The notes below the pieces were generated by a model. It saw only the letters and a list, made by a program, of their open reading frames with translations. It did not search any database and was not told the DNA's origin. DNA of 64,000 nt, taken from the IMG/VR virus record IMGVR_UViG_3300011008_002712. One strand, given 5' to 3'. Shown in pieces: positions 38,610-47,315 of this stretch (within the stretch, counting starts at the first letter, position 1; each line of letters opens with the position of its first letter). Position numbers and translations under genes: made by a program. Source of the DNA: a virus (taxonomy: Duplodnaviria > Caudoviricetes).

Positions 38610-39752
38610 TCATTTTCTGTTAATGGAATTACACAAAACTATTTTATTTTTTATGGGGCAACCACCCATACAATTTTCTCTTTTAGTGCATTGAGGACAT
38701 GCGTTTCTCATATGATTTCTAAAATTGTCGAAAACGTCTGAATCCCATGCTTCTTGTATAGAGTTATTTCTAAGAGAAATCCCCCATTTTAATCCTTGGT
38801 CAAAACTGCAAGGAACCATTGTCATATTTGCTGATATATAAGCGCTATATCTTCCACCTTCGCACGTATCTATAGAATTGAAATCAATATTTTTAGAAAA
38901 ATTTAATACTGCTGGAACAGAGCAAGAATCAAATCCTATTTTGAATGGATGCTTTTTAGATGTCACCAAATCAAAAAATTGTTTGATTTTATTGTCATCT
39001 TCTTCAAGCGTCAACATATTTTCTATCTTACCGAGTCCAACTGGCTTATATAACAAGAAAATAATAGCATTTACTTTATTCTCTTCAAAGTTTCTTGTTT
39101 GTTCTTTATTGTTGCTATCAACAAACGTCAATTCATGTTTTTCCAATAAACCGATAGCTTCATCAATTGTTTCTTTTGACAAAACATAATGAATATTAGT
39201 TTTGCATCCGGCATGAATAAATTTATCCAATGCATCCACAGTGAATTGTTGTGCATACCAAGAAACAGCAACGGCACCACAGTACTTTTTTGTTACTTCT
39301 ACAGCATGATCAGTTAATTCAATTCCAGCTGTAGTATAATTAGGCACTATTCCATTCTCTCTAGTATATTTGCATATTTCTTCAAAATATTGATGATCGT
39401 TTGGATTGCCAGCTCCTCCTAATGCAATTTGCATTAATCCATGCTTTGCACCTTCATCTACTATCTTCTTATAATCCTCCAACTTCATATCATTGTCTGG
39501 ATTATATGGTCTTGCGCCCTGATAGCAGCCAGATCTTTTTCCACCAGCTTTACAAATTCCTTTAGAAGCTGCCTTGCATCCGCCCATAATACCAACATCC
39601 AACAATCCTGGAAACGAACGCATAAATGGATCAACATTCGTATCTTTTCCATTTTCTATAATGCCGGTTCTCATATATTTTCCAGAATTTCTGTCAAAAA
39701 TTTCCAAGAATTTATTTTTTTTATCAACAAATTTAACAATATCATTTTTCAT
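38610..39752 (-). CDS. Radical SAM protein with SPASM domain and non-canonical CX7CX8C motif
   Basis: C-KAASKGI-C-KAGGKRSG-C-YQ; QIALGGAGNP; PNYTT; SPASM CEGG..PCSF..CPQCTKRENCMGGC. Confidence 0.9.
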   Translation of the reverse strand: MKNDIVKFVDKKNKFLEIFDRNSGKYMRTGIIENGKDTNVDPFMRSFPGLLDVGIMGGCKAASKGICKAGGKRSGCYQGARPYNPDNDMKLEDYKKIVDEGAKHGLMQIALGGAGNPNDHQYFEEICKYTRENGIVPNYTTAGIELTDHAVEVTKKYCGAVAVSWYAQQFTVDALDKFIHAGCKTNIHYVLSKETIDEAIGLLEKHELTFVDSNNKEQTRNFEENKVNAIIFLLYKPVGLGKIENMLTLEEDDNKIKQFFDLVTSKKHPFKIGFDSCSVPAVLNFSKNIDFNSIDTCEGGRYSAYISANMTMVPCSFDQGLKWGISLRNNSIQEAWDSDVFDNFRNHMRNACPQCTKRENCMGGCPIKNKIVLCNSINRK

Positions 39753-39776
39753 TCAGCATCATCCTTCCTTTTGTCT

Positions 39777-39808
39777 ATTTTATCACGCAAACAACAAAAT
39801 GTACATAG
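39777..39808 (-). promoter_or_regulatory. Early-type sigmaA promoter of the rSAM operon
   Basis: CTATGTACA-N17-TAAAAT with TG extension, a variant of the repeated CTATTTACA promoter. Confidence 0.6.
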
Positions 39809-39811
39809 CAT

Positions 39812-39855
39812 TAACAAAAATGTAAGAAAGATTTCGCTTTCTTACATTTTTGTTA
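39812..39855 (-). terminator. Long hairpin terminator
   Basis: TAACAAAAATGTAAGAAAG..CTTTCTTACATTTTTGTTA. Confidence 0.75.
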
Positions 39856-40332
39856 TTACTTTAGATTCGCTTTATTCTTATTCAAAAAATCTTTGAATTC
39901 ATCAAAATCTTTGAATCTATTTAAAATTTCATTTTTTATCGTATCATCGCTTTTTTGCAATTCAATGTTTTTATACATTTCAATATCATCTGTTGATATT
40001 TGCACGAATGAACAAATTGGGCACAAGATAGGTGGAATTTCATATCTAATTTCATCATGAACTTCTTCAATTAGTTCTTCAGCTGTTCCTTCAAAATTTC
40101 TAATTTCATGCTTATCTACTTCGCAGCAATTTTCTAATTCTTTTTTTAATTCTTCTACATCAATGTTGTTAAAAGATATATGTTCATCGCAAAAAATACT
40201 TCCGCATTTATCGCATTCATTTAATCCAAAATCTCTAAAATCGACATCATAACCTGATTCTTCCCTGCCGCAGATATCGCACACATAACTTGATGATGAA
40301 GAATTTGTTACAAAATCATTTCTAATCTTCAT
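39856..40332 (-). CDS. FVTNSSSSS-motif protein 1 with Zn-finger
   Basis: MKIRNDFVTNSSSSSYVCDICG..CDKCG..CDEH..CPIC. Confidence 0.85.
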   Translation of the reverse strand: MKIRNDFVTNSSSSSYVCDICGREESGYDVDFRDFGLNECDKCGSIFCDEHISFNNIDVEELKKELENCCEVDKHEIRNFEGTAEELIEEVHDEIRYEIPPILCPICSFVQISTDDIEMYKNIELQKSDDTIKNEILNRFKDFDEFKDFLNKNKANLK

Positions 40333-40432
40333 GAAGTAATTTCCTTTCTTTATTATTAATTACATTAAAATTATTTTCAATTTTTATTTTATCAAAGACA
40401 CGCATCAATATAAAAACTATTTTGCTAAACAA

Positions 40433-41804
40433 GTGAACGTACCACCGCCTCTATAGGCGTGGTTTCCTGCTTCAACGAGAACAGCACTGCTTCTCCGAAG
40501 AGTTGTGGCGACTTACACTCTCTCCGCAGGCGTAGATTCCCGTGCGACCCACGGTACTCTATGAGTTACATTAGGCGGTGGTTATGCGCCTAGCTTCCTC
40601 TCTAATATTTATTGCGGCGTTCTTATCTCTGTTGTGATGACCGCTACATTTTGGGCAATCCCATTCACGAACAGATAAGTCTTTAGTTTCGTTATTTTGA
40701 TAGCCGCAGATATGGCAAATCTGACTACTTGGGAACCATTTGTCTATCTTGACAAGCTGTTTCCCTTGCCATGCAAGTTTGTATTCCAATATGTTTGTGA
40801 ATATATTCCAACCATTATCAGCCACAGATTTGCCAAAACTGAACTTACCGCCTTTCTTGTGTTTAGCCATAGCTTTGACGCTAATATCCTCAATGCCTAT
40901 GGCATCATAACGGTCTACCAAGTAGCAGGCTTTTTTGTGCAGAAAGTCACGGCGTTGATTTGCGACCTTCTCATGAAGCGTTGCCACCCGAAGCCTCTGT
41001 TTATCTCGATTATGACTGCCTTTTTGTCTTTTGGACAACTTTCTTTGTGCCTTGGCTAATCTTTTCTCGGCTTTCCTCAAGAAATTTGGATAGTTCGCAT
41101 CATCCTCATCGGAAGCAACATACAAACCGTGCATAGTAAAGTCAAGTCCAAGAAAGTTCTTCGGTATTATGGGGAGTATTTGGTTTTCATACTCTACAAG
41201 AATACTGATGTAATATTTCTCTGATGGTGTCTTGCTTATGGTTACTGTCTTTATAGTGCTATTTTCCATCAGTGGACGGTGCAGACATAGCTTGACCCAA
41301 CCTATTTTAGGTAGCTTGATCTTGTTTTCTTTGATTCTTACAGTACCATTTTGGTTGTTCGTAGAATACGAAGCATGGCCTGTCTTCTTCGACTTGAAAC
41401 GCGGTTTGCCAAAATGCTTGCGATTCTTCCAGAAGTTGTTGTAAGCCTGATTTAGATTTAGTTGAGCATTGGCGAGAGCTAAACTATCTACTTCCTTCAG
41501 CCAAGGAAATTCAAATTTGTATTGTGCAGGGGTGTTGTTCAGTTTCTTGCCTGTCTCTTTGTAGTAGTCAATGCGGTCACTAAGCATCTTGTTATAGATG
41601 AATCTAACACAACCAAAAGTCTTAGCAAATATAATTCTTTGTTCAGTTGTTGGGTATAGTCTTATCTGTATGCCTTATTCACTATAATCACCGCCTCTCA
41701 CATATAATTTTATCATAAATGAGTCACAAAGTAATTGTCTGACTCAATTACTTACGTAAATTTGCCAGGCCAACCTCTTATGTTGGGGATGAAGGTTGGT
41801 TGCG
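40433..41804 (-). mobile_element. Non-autonomous IS200/IS605-family (IS1341-type, tnpB-only) element
   Basis: GC-richer block; left-end hairpin CCAACCT..AGGTTGG after TTTAA; right-end hairpin CCAC-GCCT..AGGC-GGTGG ending TTCAC; no tnpA. Confidence 0.85.
40571..41682 (-). pseudogene. tnpB: TnpB RNA-guided endonuclease with a 1-nt frameshift at codon 6
   Basis: RBS + GTG AAT AAG GCA TAC AGA TAA; a second frame gives IRLYPTTEQ..FGCVRFIYN. RuvC residues GLD, IED and RD.NAA and the Zn ribbon CHICG..CPKC are intact. Confidence 0.85.
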
Positions 41805-42236
41805 TTAAAAATTTAAGCTTTTCATTAAACGTTGAAGTTCTCTTTCGGATTTTTCTTCATCTTCTTTCGTCCATTCAACTTTTTCTTCAACAATATTATT
41901 TTCTTTATTATATTCCATTGTATCTTCTAATAGTTTTTCATAATCTTCAAAAAAATCATTGTACGTTGAAACTAATTTAGACAATTCTTTTTTAACATCT
42001 TCTAATTTATCGTTTGATTCTTTTATAAATTCTGCTTCTTCTTTTGCTTCAATAACTTTGCCATTAATAACAAGTTTCAGCCATTCATCACATTGTTTAT
42101 ATTGATTTTTTAATTCATAATCAAAATCTTCTATTGATTCTTCAAAATTATTGATTTGTTTTGTTATTTTATCAAAAGATGATTTTAGCTTATCGCTATT
42201 TTCAAATTTATTAGATACTTTTTTTAATCTTTTCAT
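41805..42236 (-). CDS. Coiled-coil protein with MKRL leader
   Basis: MKRLKKVS; GGTGA RBS. Confidence 0.75.
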   Translation of the reverse strand: MKRLKKVSNKFENSDKLKSSFDKITKQINNFEESIEDFDYELKNQYKQCDEWLKLVINGKVIEAKEEAEFIKESNDKLEDVKKELSKLVSTYNDFFEDYEKLLEDTMEYNKENNIVEEKVEWTKEDEEKSERELQRLMKSLNF

Positions 42237-42261
42237 TATACATCACCAAAAATTAAATAAA

Positions 42262-42492
42262 TTAATTAGCATTTTGTTTTATAAAAATGAAAAATGCCGC
42301 AAAGCACATCATTAATGCAAAAACATAAAAATTTTCTAATGATATGTAAGTTAACACGATGTCAAACATAATTAAACACAAATACATAGCAATTGTTATC
42401 ACTGTAATTGGAATAAATAAAAAGCAAAAATAGGTAATTCCTTCTCCAAACGTTTGAGAAAATCTGCAAACTAGATTTCTAGTTCTTTGCAT
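42262..42492 (-). CDS. Small membrane protein
   Basis: Two hydrophobic segments. Confidence 0.5.
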   Translation of the reverse strand: MQRTRNLVCRFSQTFGEGITYFCFLFIPITVITIAMYLCLIMFDIVLTYISLENFYVFALMMCFAAFFIFIKQNAN

Positions 42493-42836
42493 TCATATCC
42501 CGCCTTTTTTAACCAATCTGCAACCAGATGCCTATGACAAAAATCATTAGATTTTTCATAGCATAACAAAACAACATCTTTGCCACCAGATAAAAAATAA
42601 AAATCGTTTACTACTTGATGCGGATCTAATTTTGATAACACCTCCTCATTAAAATGTTTGATATAAAAATCATTATCATGATTTTCTTTCCACAGTTTAA
42701 AAAAACTCCATTTTGGCGCTAAAAACTTATATTCCTGACCGTTATAAAAATCAGGACATCTTCCAGCAATAGAAATTAAAAACATATCTTGGGGAATCTT
42801 TTTAATTTTTGCATAGTATGATGTATAAATTTTCAT
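42471..42836 (-). CDS. DUF488-family protein
   Basis: IYTSYY..LAP..LLCYEK..FCHRHLVADWL. Confidence 0.8.
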   Translation of the reverse strand: MKIYTSYYAKIKKIPQDMFLISIAGRCPDFYNGQEYKFLAPKWSFFKLWKENHDNDFYIKHFNEEVLSKLDPHQVVNDFYFLSGGKDVVLLCYEKSNDFCHRHLVADWLKKAGYECKELEI

Positions 42837-42864
42837 GAATAATCACCTTCAAATTATTTTAATT

Positions 42865-42896
42865 AGAAAACCACTAATTAAATTAGTGGTTTTCTA
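42865..42896 (-). terminator. Terminator after uraA
   Basis: TAGAAAACCACTAATT..AATTAGTGGTTTTCTA. Confidence 0.75.
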
Positions 42897-42902
42897 TCAA
42901 AA

Positions 42903-44153
42903 TCATTTATAAGCCATTTTATTTCTAATAACAAAAATTATTTTAATGAGTAATGAAAGAATAACAGCTACAACAGTTGATAATGACATACCAACTAAAG
43001 AAACTGCACCAATTGTAATGCTTGCAGACGATACACCAATGCCTAAAACAACAGATGTAAGAATTAGATTAACTGATTTACCGTAATCAACTTTTGAATC
43101 TACAAAAATCCTGATTCCGGAGACAGCAATCAATCCAAACAGTAATAAAGATACTCCTCCCATTACTGGAGTTGGAATTGATTGAATCAACGCAGCCAAT
43201 TTGCCGAAACAAGATAAAATGATAGCAAACACAGCTGCGCCTCCAATTACCCAAGTAGAAAATACTTTGGAAATTGCTAAAACGCCAATGTTTTCAGCAT
43301 ATGTTGTATTAGGTGTTGATCCAAAAAATCCAGAAAACATAGTAGAAATACCATTTCCAAGAAGAGAACGATCCAATCCAGGATCTTTTGTTAAATCTTT
43401 TCCAACAATGTTTCCAGTCACAATTAAATGGCCAATGTGTTCAACCACAACGACGAATGCCGCTGGAAGAATAATCAATGCAGCAGAAAGATTAAATGTT
43501 GGTTCATAAAAAGTTGGCAATGCAAATATTGGCGCTGCATAAACAATCGATAAATCAACAATTCCCATATACAATGATAATGCATACCCGCAAACAACGC
43601 CGATTAAAATTGGTATGATTGAAAGGAATCCCCTAAAAGCTACTGAAACGATAATCGTAACTAATAATGTAAATAATGAAACAAAAACATTGTCAATATT
43701 TAATTGATCTCCAACAAGTCCTGCCATCTTAGCCGCTGTTGGCATAAGTTCTAAACCAATCACTGCAATGATTGCACCCATAGCCGCTGGAGGGAATAAC
43801 ATATCAATCCATTTTGTTCCAGCATATTTAATAATTAGTGCTACTAAACAGAAAACTAATCCTGAAAGTATAAAACCTCCCAAAGCAGTAGAATAATCAT
43901 AATTTGTAAGCACTAAGAAAACTGGAGATAAAAATGCAAAACTTGAACCAAGATATGCTGGAATCTTGCCTTTACATAAAATCAAATAAAATAATGTGCC
44001 AATACCATTAAACAACAAACATGTAGCAGGATTAATGTTAAAAAGAATTGGCACTAAAATTGTAGAACCAAACATTGCAAACAGATGTTGCAAACTTAGA
44101 GGAATAGCTTTTAAGATTGGCGGTTTTTCTTGTACTTGAATAATCTTTCCCAT
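42903..44153 (-). CDS. uraA: Uracil permease (NCS2 family)
   Basis: SLQHLFAMFGSTILVP, YLGSSFAF, EHIGH, PNTTYAENIGV (NAT signature). Confidence 0.93.
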   Translation of the reverse strand: MGKIIQVQEKPPILKAIPLSLQHLFAMFGSTILVPILFNINPATCLLFNGIGTLFYLILCKGKIPAYLGSSFAFLSPVFLVLTNYDYSTALGGFILSGLVFCLVALIIKYAGTKWIDMLFPPAAMGAIIAVIGLELMPTAAKMAGLVGDQLNIDNVFVSLFTLLVTIIVSVAFRGFLSIIPILIGVVCGYALSLYMGIVDLSIVYAAPIFALPTFYEPTFNLSAALIILPAAFVVVVEHIGHLIVTGNIVGKDLTKDPGLDRSLLGNGISTMFSGFFGSTPNTTYAENIGVLAISKVFSTWVIGGAAVFAIILSCFGKLAALIQSIPTPVMGGVSLLLFGLIAVSGIRIFVDSKVDYGKSVNLILTSVVLGIGVSSASITIGAVSLVGMSLSTVVAVILSLLIKIIFVIRNKMAYK

Positions 44154-44549
44154 TTACTTGTCCTTTCTTAACTCTGGATTTACATCTTCATCAACAAACA
44201 TTGCATAACTAATTCTACCATCTTTTTCTTTTATTCGAAAAGCATCTGGTCTGGATGCGTGTGCCCACAGATATTCAATATCTATATCTCCACATGTTCC
44301 AAAACCTTCACGAACTAATCTAATTCCTGGAGTATGAATCAATGCTTTTCCGCATTTCTTGCATATAATCATCTTTTGTCTTGGAGCATCTAACGCACAT
44401 TGACATGTCCAGGCTTCCCATTCATGTTTATCAAAATCACACACTTCTTCTTTTGCAAAAGATTGGAAAAATAACCTAAGGCTAAACAACAATACAAAAA
44501 TAACGAACAATATGATACTCAACATAAATGAATTTACCATGAAAATCAT
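44154..44549 (-). CDS. Membrane-anchored protein with Cys motifs
   Basis: N-terminal TM segment; CQC, CKKCG. Confidence 0.65.
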   Translation of the reverse strand: MIFMVNSFMLSIILFVIFVLLFSLRLFFQSFAKEEVCDFDKHEWEAWTCQCALDAPRQKMIICKKCGKALIHTPGIRLVREGFGTCGDIDIEYLWAHASRPDAFRIKEKDGRISYAMFVDEDVNPELRKDK

Positions 44550-45112
44550 CGCTCCCTATAACTTTCGCACATGAGCAATTCATTTCTTAATTTATCATAG
44601 TATTGGTGAAGTCTTGGATTTGTCCATTTCATCCATTCATCTATATTGTTGTTTTGCAAAAAACCTCTTATCTTTGTTGCAGAAATTTGATATTTTGAAC
44701 GTGATATGACAACTTCAGTAATGTCTTTGATATCTTCTGGATCGAACCATTTGCTTCTAGCTTCATCATTTCCATAAATCATTAATTCTGGAATATTCTT
44801 CATTTGAAGTTTTGTGTTTTTTAAAACATATTTTCCCCATTCTGGAGTGATATCTTGTTCGTGAGTTAAATCGGCTAGAGGTTTTACTATCACATTATCA
44901 TCTGGATAAATATTTTTAATCATTTCTATTCTTGTAGAAACTGAAAATGGATTTCTTTCTGTACAAAATTCTTGCGCTGATCCAACTAAAATTAAAAGCC
45001 TATCAGCAAGACGCAACGCTGTATTGATAACGTGTTCATGTCCAATATGAATATGTTGAAATCTTCCGCAAAACATCGCTAGATCAAAAGCATGTTTATT
45101 CATTATTTCCAC
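44546..45112 (-). CDS. HIGH-family nucleotidyltransferase, NMN adenylyltransferase (NadM-like)
   Basis: GRFQHIHIGH, GSAQ...RNPF, ISATKIR. Confidence 0.8.
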   Translation of the reverse strand: MEIMNKHAFDLAMFCGRFQHIHIGHEHVINTALRLADRLLILVGSAQEFCTERNPFSVSTRIEMIKNIYPDDNVIVKPLADLTHEQDITPEWGKYVLKNTKLQMKNIPELMIYGNDEARSKWFDPEDIKDITEVVISRSKYQISATKIRGFLQNNNIDEWMKWTNPRLHQYYDKLRNELLMCESYRER

Positions 45113-45576
45113 CTGTATTCTTCTTTATCAACGTCAACAATTTCATAATCTTCTGGAACTATCAGAACATCATACTTAACAACATCAACGTACGTTTGTT
45201 CCTCTCCAGTTATAGAATTTTTTTCTAAAACATGTTTTTCAAAACGTCCAAATTGTGGAGGCTCGTCATTTGTCTCTATAAATTTAGTATCTTTACTATC
45301 AATTATTTCAACAATCCCATTATTTCTTCTAACTTTGAAAACATAGACAATCTTATCATAATTGTTTCTATACTTTCCCAAAACAATTTTACCAGAATCT
45401 TTGTTTAACGTTAACACATCACCATTTTTTACAAATTTTTGTTCTTCTGACACATCTTCCCAAGACATCATTATAATTGCCTTAAAAAGAAATATCAACG
45501 CAATTATACAGCATGTTGCAATAGCAGTAAATTCTGTTATGTGTTCTTCTAAATCTTCCATAAGTTCTCCTTTCAT
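45103..45576 (-). CDS. Membrane-anchored hypothetical protein
   Basis: N-terminal TM segment. Confidence 0.65.
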   Translation of the reverse strand: MKGELMEDLEEHITEFTAIATCCIIALIFLFKAIIMMSWEDVSEEQKFVKNGDVLTLNKDSGKIVLGKYRNNYDKIVYVFKVRRNNGIVEIIDSKDTKFIETNDEPPQFGRFEKHVLEKNSITGEEQTYVDVVKYDVLIVPEDYEIVDVDKEEYRWK

Positions 45577-46289
45577 TAAAGATTGGCGCCAAGCATTTTG
45601 TATTTACAAGCTTCTTTGTTTGCAAGTTCATCGCATCTCTCATTATATTCAACATTAGAATGTCCTTTTACCCAATTCCATTCTATATTAAACTGAGAAA
45701 CTAAATCGTCAAGACTCCTCCATAAATCTACATTTTTAACAGCAGAACCAGATGATGTCTTCCAATTAGATATTTTCCAATTTTTTAACCACCCACTAGT
45801 AAATGCATTTTTCATATACTGAGAATCAGTATATATTACAATATTACTTTGTTTTGGTATAACAGACAATGCGGCGATCGCAGCCGATAATTCCATTCTA
45901 TTGTTTGTTGTATCTGCGTCACCTCCTGACACCTCTTTTATTTTTTTAGAATAAGTATCTATAATGATAGCCGCATACCCTCCTGGTCCAGGATTCTTGA
46001 GGCATGAACCGTCAGTATAAATAATATAATCGGTATTTTTCTTTGGATGTACTTTTCCTTGAGATGGTTTTGGAACAGTATTTTTTTTATTATGATTCAA
46101 ATAATTTTCTGCTTCTTCTTTCGTATCAAATCCCTTGAATTGCGCATTTGAAAAACCTTGAGTAGCATTTTTGCACTCTTCCCACGTCGTTACTATGCCG
46201 ATCGTCCTGCCGTTCATAATAGCATAATATTTTTTCATTTTTACTCCTATAGAAATAAGCTCCGTTTTATTCTGGAGCTTGATTCTCAT
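45576..46289 (-). CDS. rnhA: Ribonuclease HI with N-terminal hybrid-binding (viroplasmin-like) domain; likely start 46238
   Basis: KYYAI..GR..GI..TWEEC; YTDGSC..NPGPGG, TTNNRMEL, TDSQY, WVKGH, NERCDELA. Confidence 0.92.
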   Translation of the reverse strand: MRIKLQNKTELISIGVKMKKYYAIMNGRTIGIVTTWEECKNATQGFSNAQFKGFDTKEEAENYLNHNKKNTVPKPSQGKVHPKKNTDYIIYTDGSCLKNPGPGGYAAIIIDTYSKKIKEVSGGDADTTNNRMELSAAIAALSVIPKQSNIVIYTDSQYMKNAFTSGWLKNWKISNWKTSSGSAVKNVDLWRSLDDLVSQFNIEWNWVKGHSNVEYNERCDELANKEACKYKMLGANL

Positions 46290-46599
46290 TTAATCCATCT
46301 TGATATGCTTCTGCTACAGCTGAATAAAAAATGTCATTAAAATCAACATTCAAAATTTCCATTAGATATACCAAGAACTGAGCACGAGCTAGATACATCG
46401 TTTCTTCGTCTTTGCAAACTTGTTTATTTTCAGTAAATGTTTCTAGAAACGCCCCCATCATCAATGCCGCATCTCTTAATGAAATATCTTTTGAGCTGAC
46501 ATCAATTTTTTCATTACGCTTCCTAATCCTAATTTCTTGAAAATCATCTATAAATTCAACATTATTTTGTTTATTTTTTCCACCGTCGATAACTTTCAC
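46267..46599 (-). CDS. hypothetical protein
   Basis: 110 aa with RBS. Confidence 0.65.
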   Translation of the reverse strand: MKVIDGGKNKQNNVEFIDDFQEIRIRKRNEKIDVSSKDISLRDAALMMGAFLETFTENKQVCKDEETMYLARAQFLVYLMEILNVDFNDIFYSAVAEAYQDGLNENQAPE

Positions 46600-46609
46600 A
46601 AAAACACCC

Positions 46610-46960
46610 TCAATTTAATTTTTTTGTCATTATTCCATAAATGCAATTCTTTGATATCCAACCATTGACATGACCATGATTGTTTCCAATTTGGAATGAT
46701 TTATTATTTTTAATTGATAAGACTTTATGTAAGTAATAATGCCCATTTACTTTGCAAAATACTATATCATTCTTTTTCAATTCTATTTCATCTGTTATTG
46801 GAGACACAATAACTGGTTGACCAGATTTTAGAATCGGAGTCATAGACTGTCCAAATCCAACTATGACAACAGTCTCACCATTCAAAAGGTGTTCAGCTGA
46901 AATTTTATTCTCTTTTCCTACAAACATAATGTTTATTCCCCTTTTTGTATCACAACCCAA
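46610..46960 (-). CDS. S24/S26 peptidase-like protein
   Basis: GQSMTPIL, DIVF, LHKV, IGNN. Confidence 0.7.
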   Translation of the reverse strand: MGCDTKRGINIMFVGKENKISAEHLLNGETVVIVGFGQSMTPILKSGQPVIVSPITDEIELKKNDIVFCKVNGHYYLHKVLSIKNNKSFQIGNNHGHVNGWISKNCIYGIMTKKLN

Positions 46961-47315
46961 ACCTTATCAATAAATCGTTTCTGAAAAACAATGACAATTT
47001 ATGAAAAAAATCATATCTTTTGTCTATTTCCATGATATCTTTAAATTTTCTAACTAAGAACATGTTGTATTTAAAATCGTATATATATGTGTCGCATCCT
47101 AGAATAAAGTGATAGTATTTCATATCTCCTAATGCAAAAATTTTAAATGTCAGCTGCAACTCATTATTTGTGCAACAAAATATTTTATTTAAAAAATCTT
47201 CAACATTTTGATGCACAATAGTAGCATTAAAATCATCAAATATGTATATTCCATTAATGTTTTTCACGATCTTCCTTTCACATAAAAAACCATTTCTTGT
47301 TATCAAAGTAATCAT
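46950..47315 (-). CDS. hypothetical protein
   Basis: 121 aa, overlapping the end of the ATPase gene. Confidence 0.55.
   Translation of the reverse strand: MITLITRNGFLCERKIVKNINGIYIFDDFNATIVHQNVEDFLNKIFCCTNNELQLTFKIFALGDMKYYHFILGCDTYIYDFKYNMFLVRKFKDIMEIDKRYDFFHKLSLFFRNDLLIRFGL

Noticed and set aside
37206-40332. FVTNSSSSS genes as a DNA repeat, mobile element or classical short RiPP precursors
   Set aside because: Codons vary synonymously, and the products are 140-160-aa proteins with no nearby RiPP exporter or leader peptidase.
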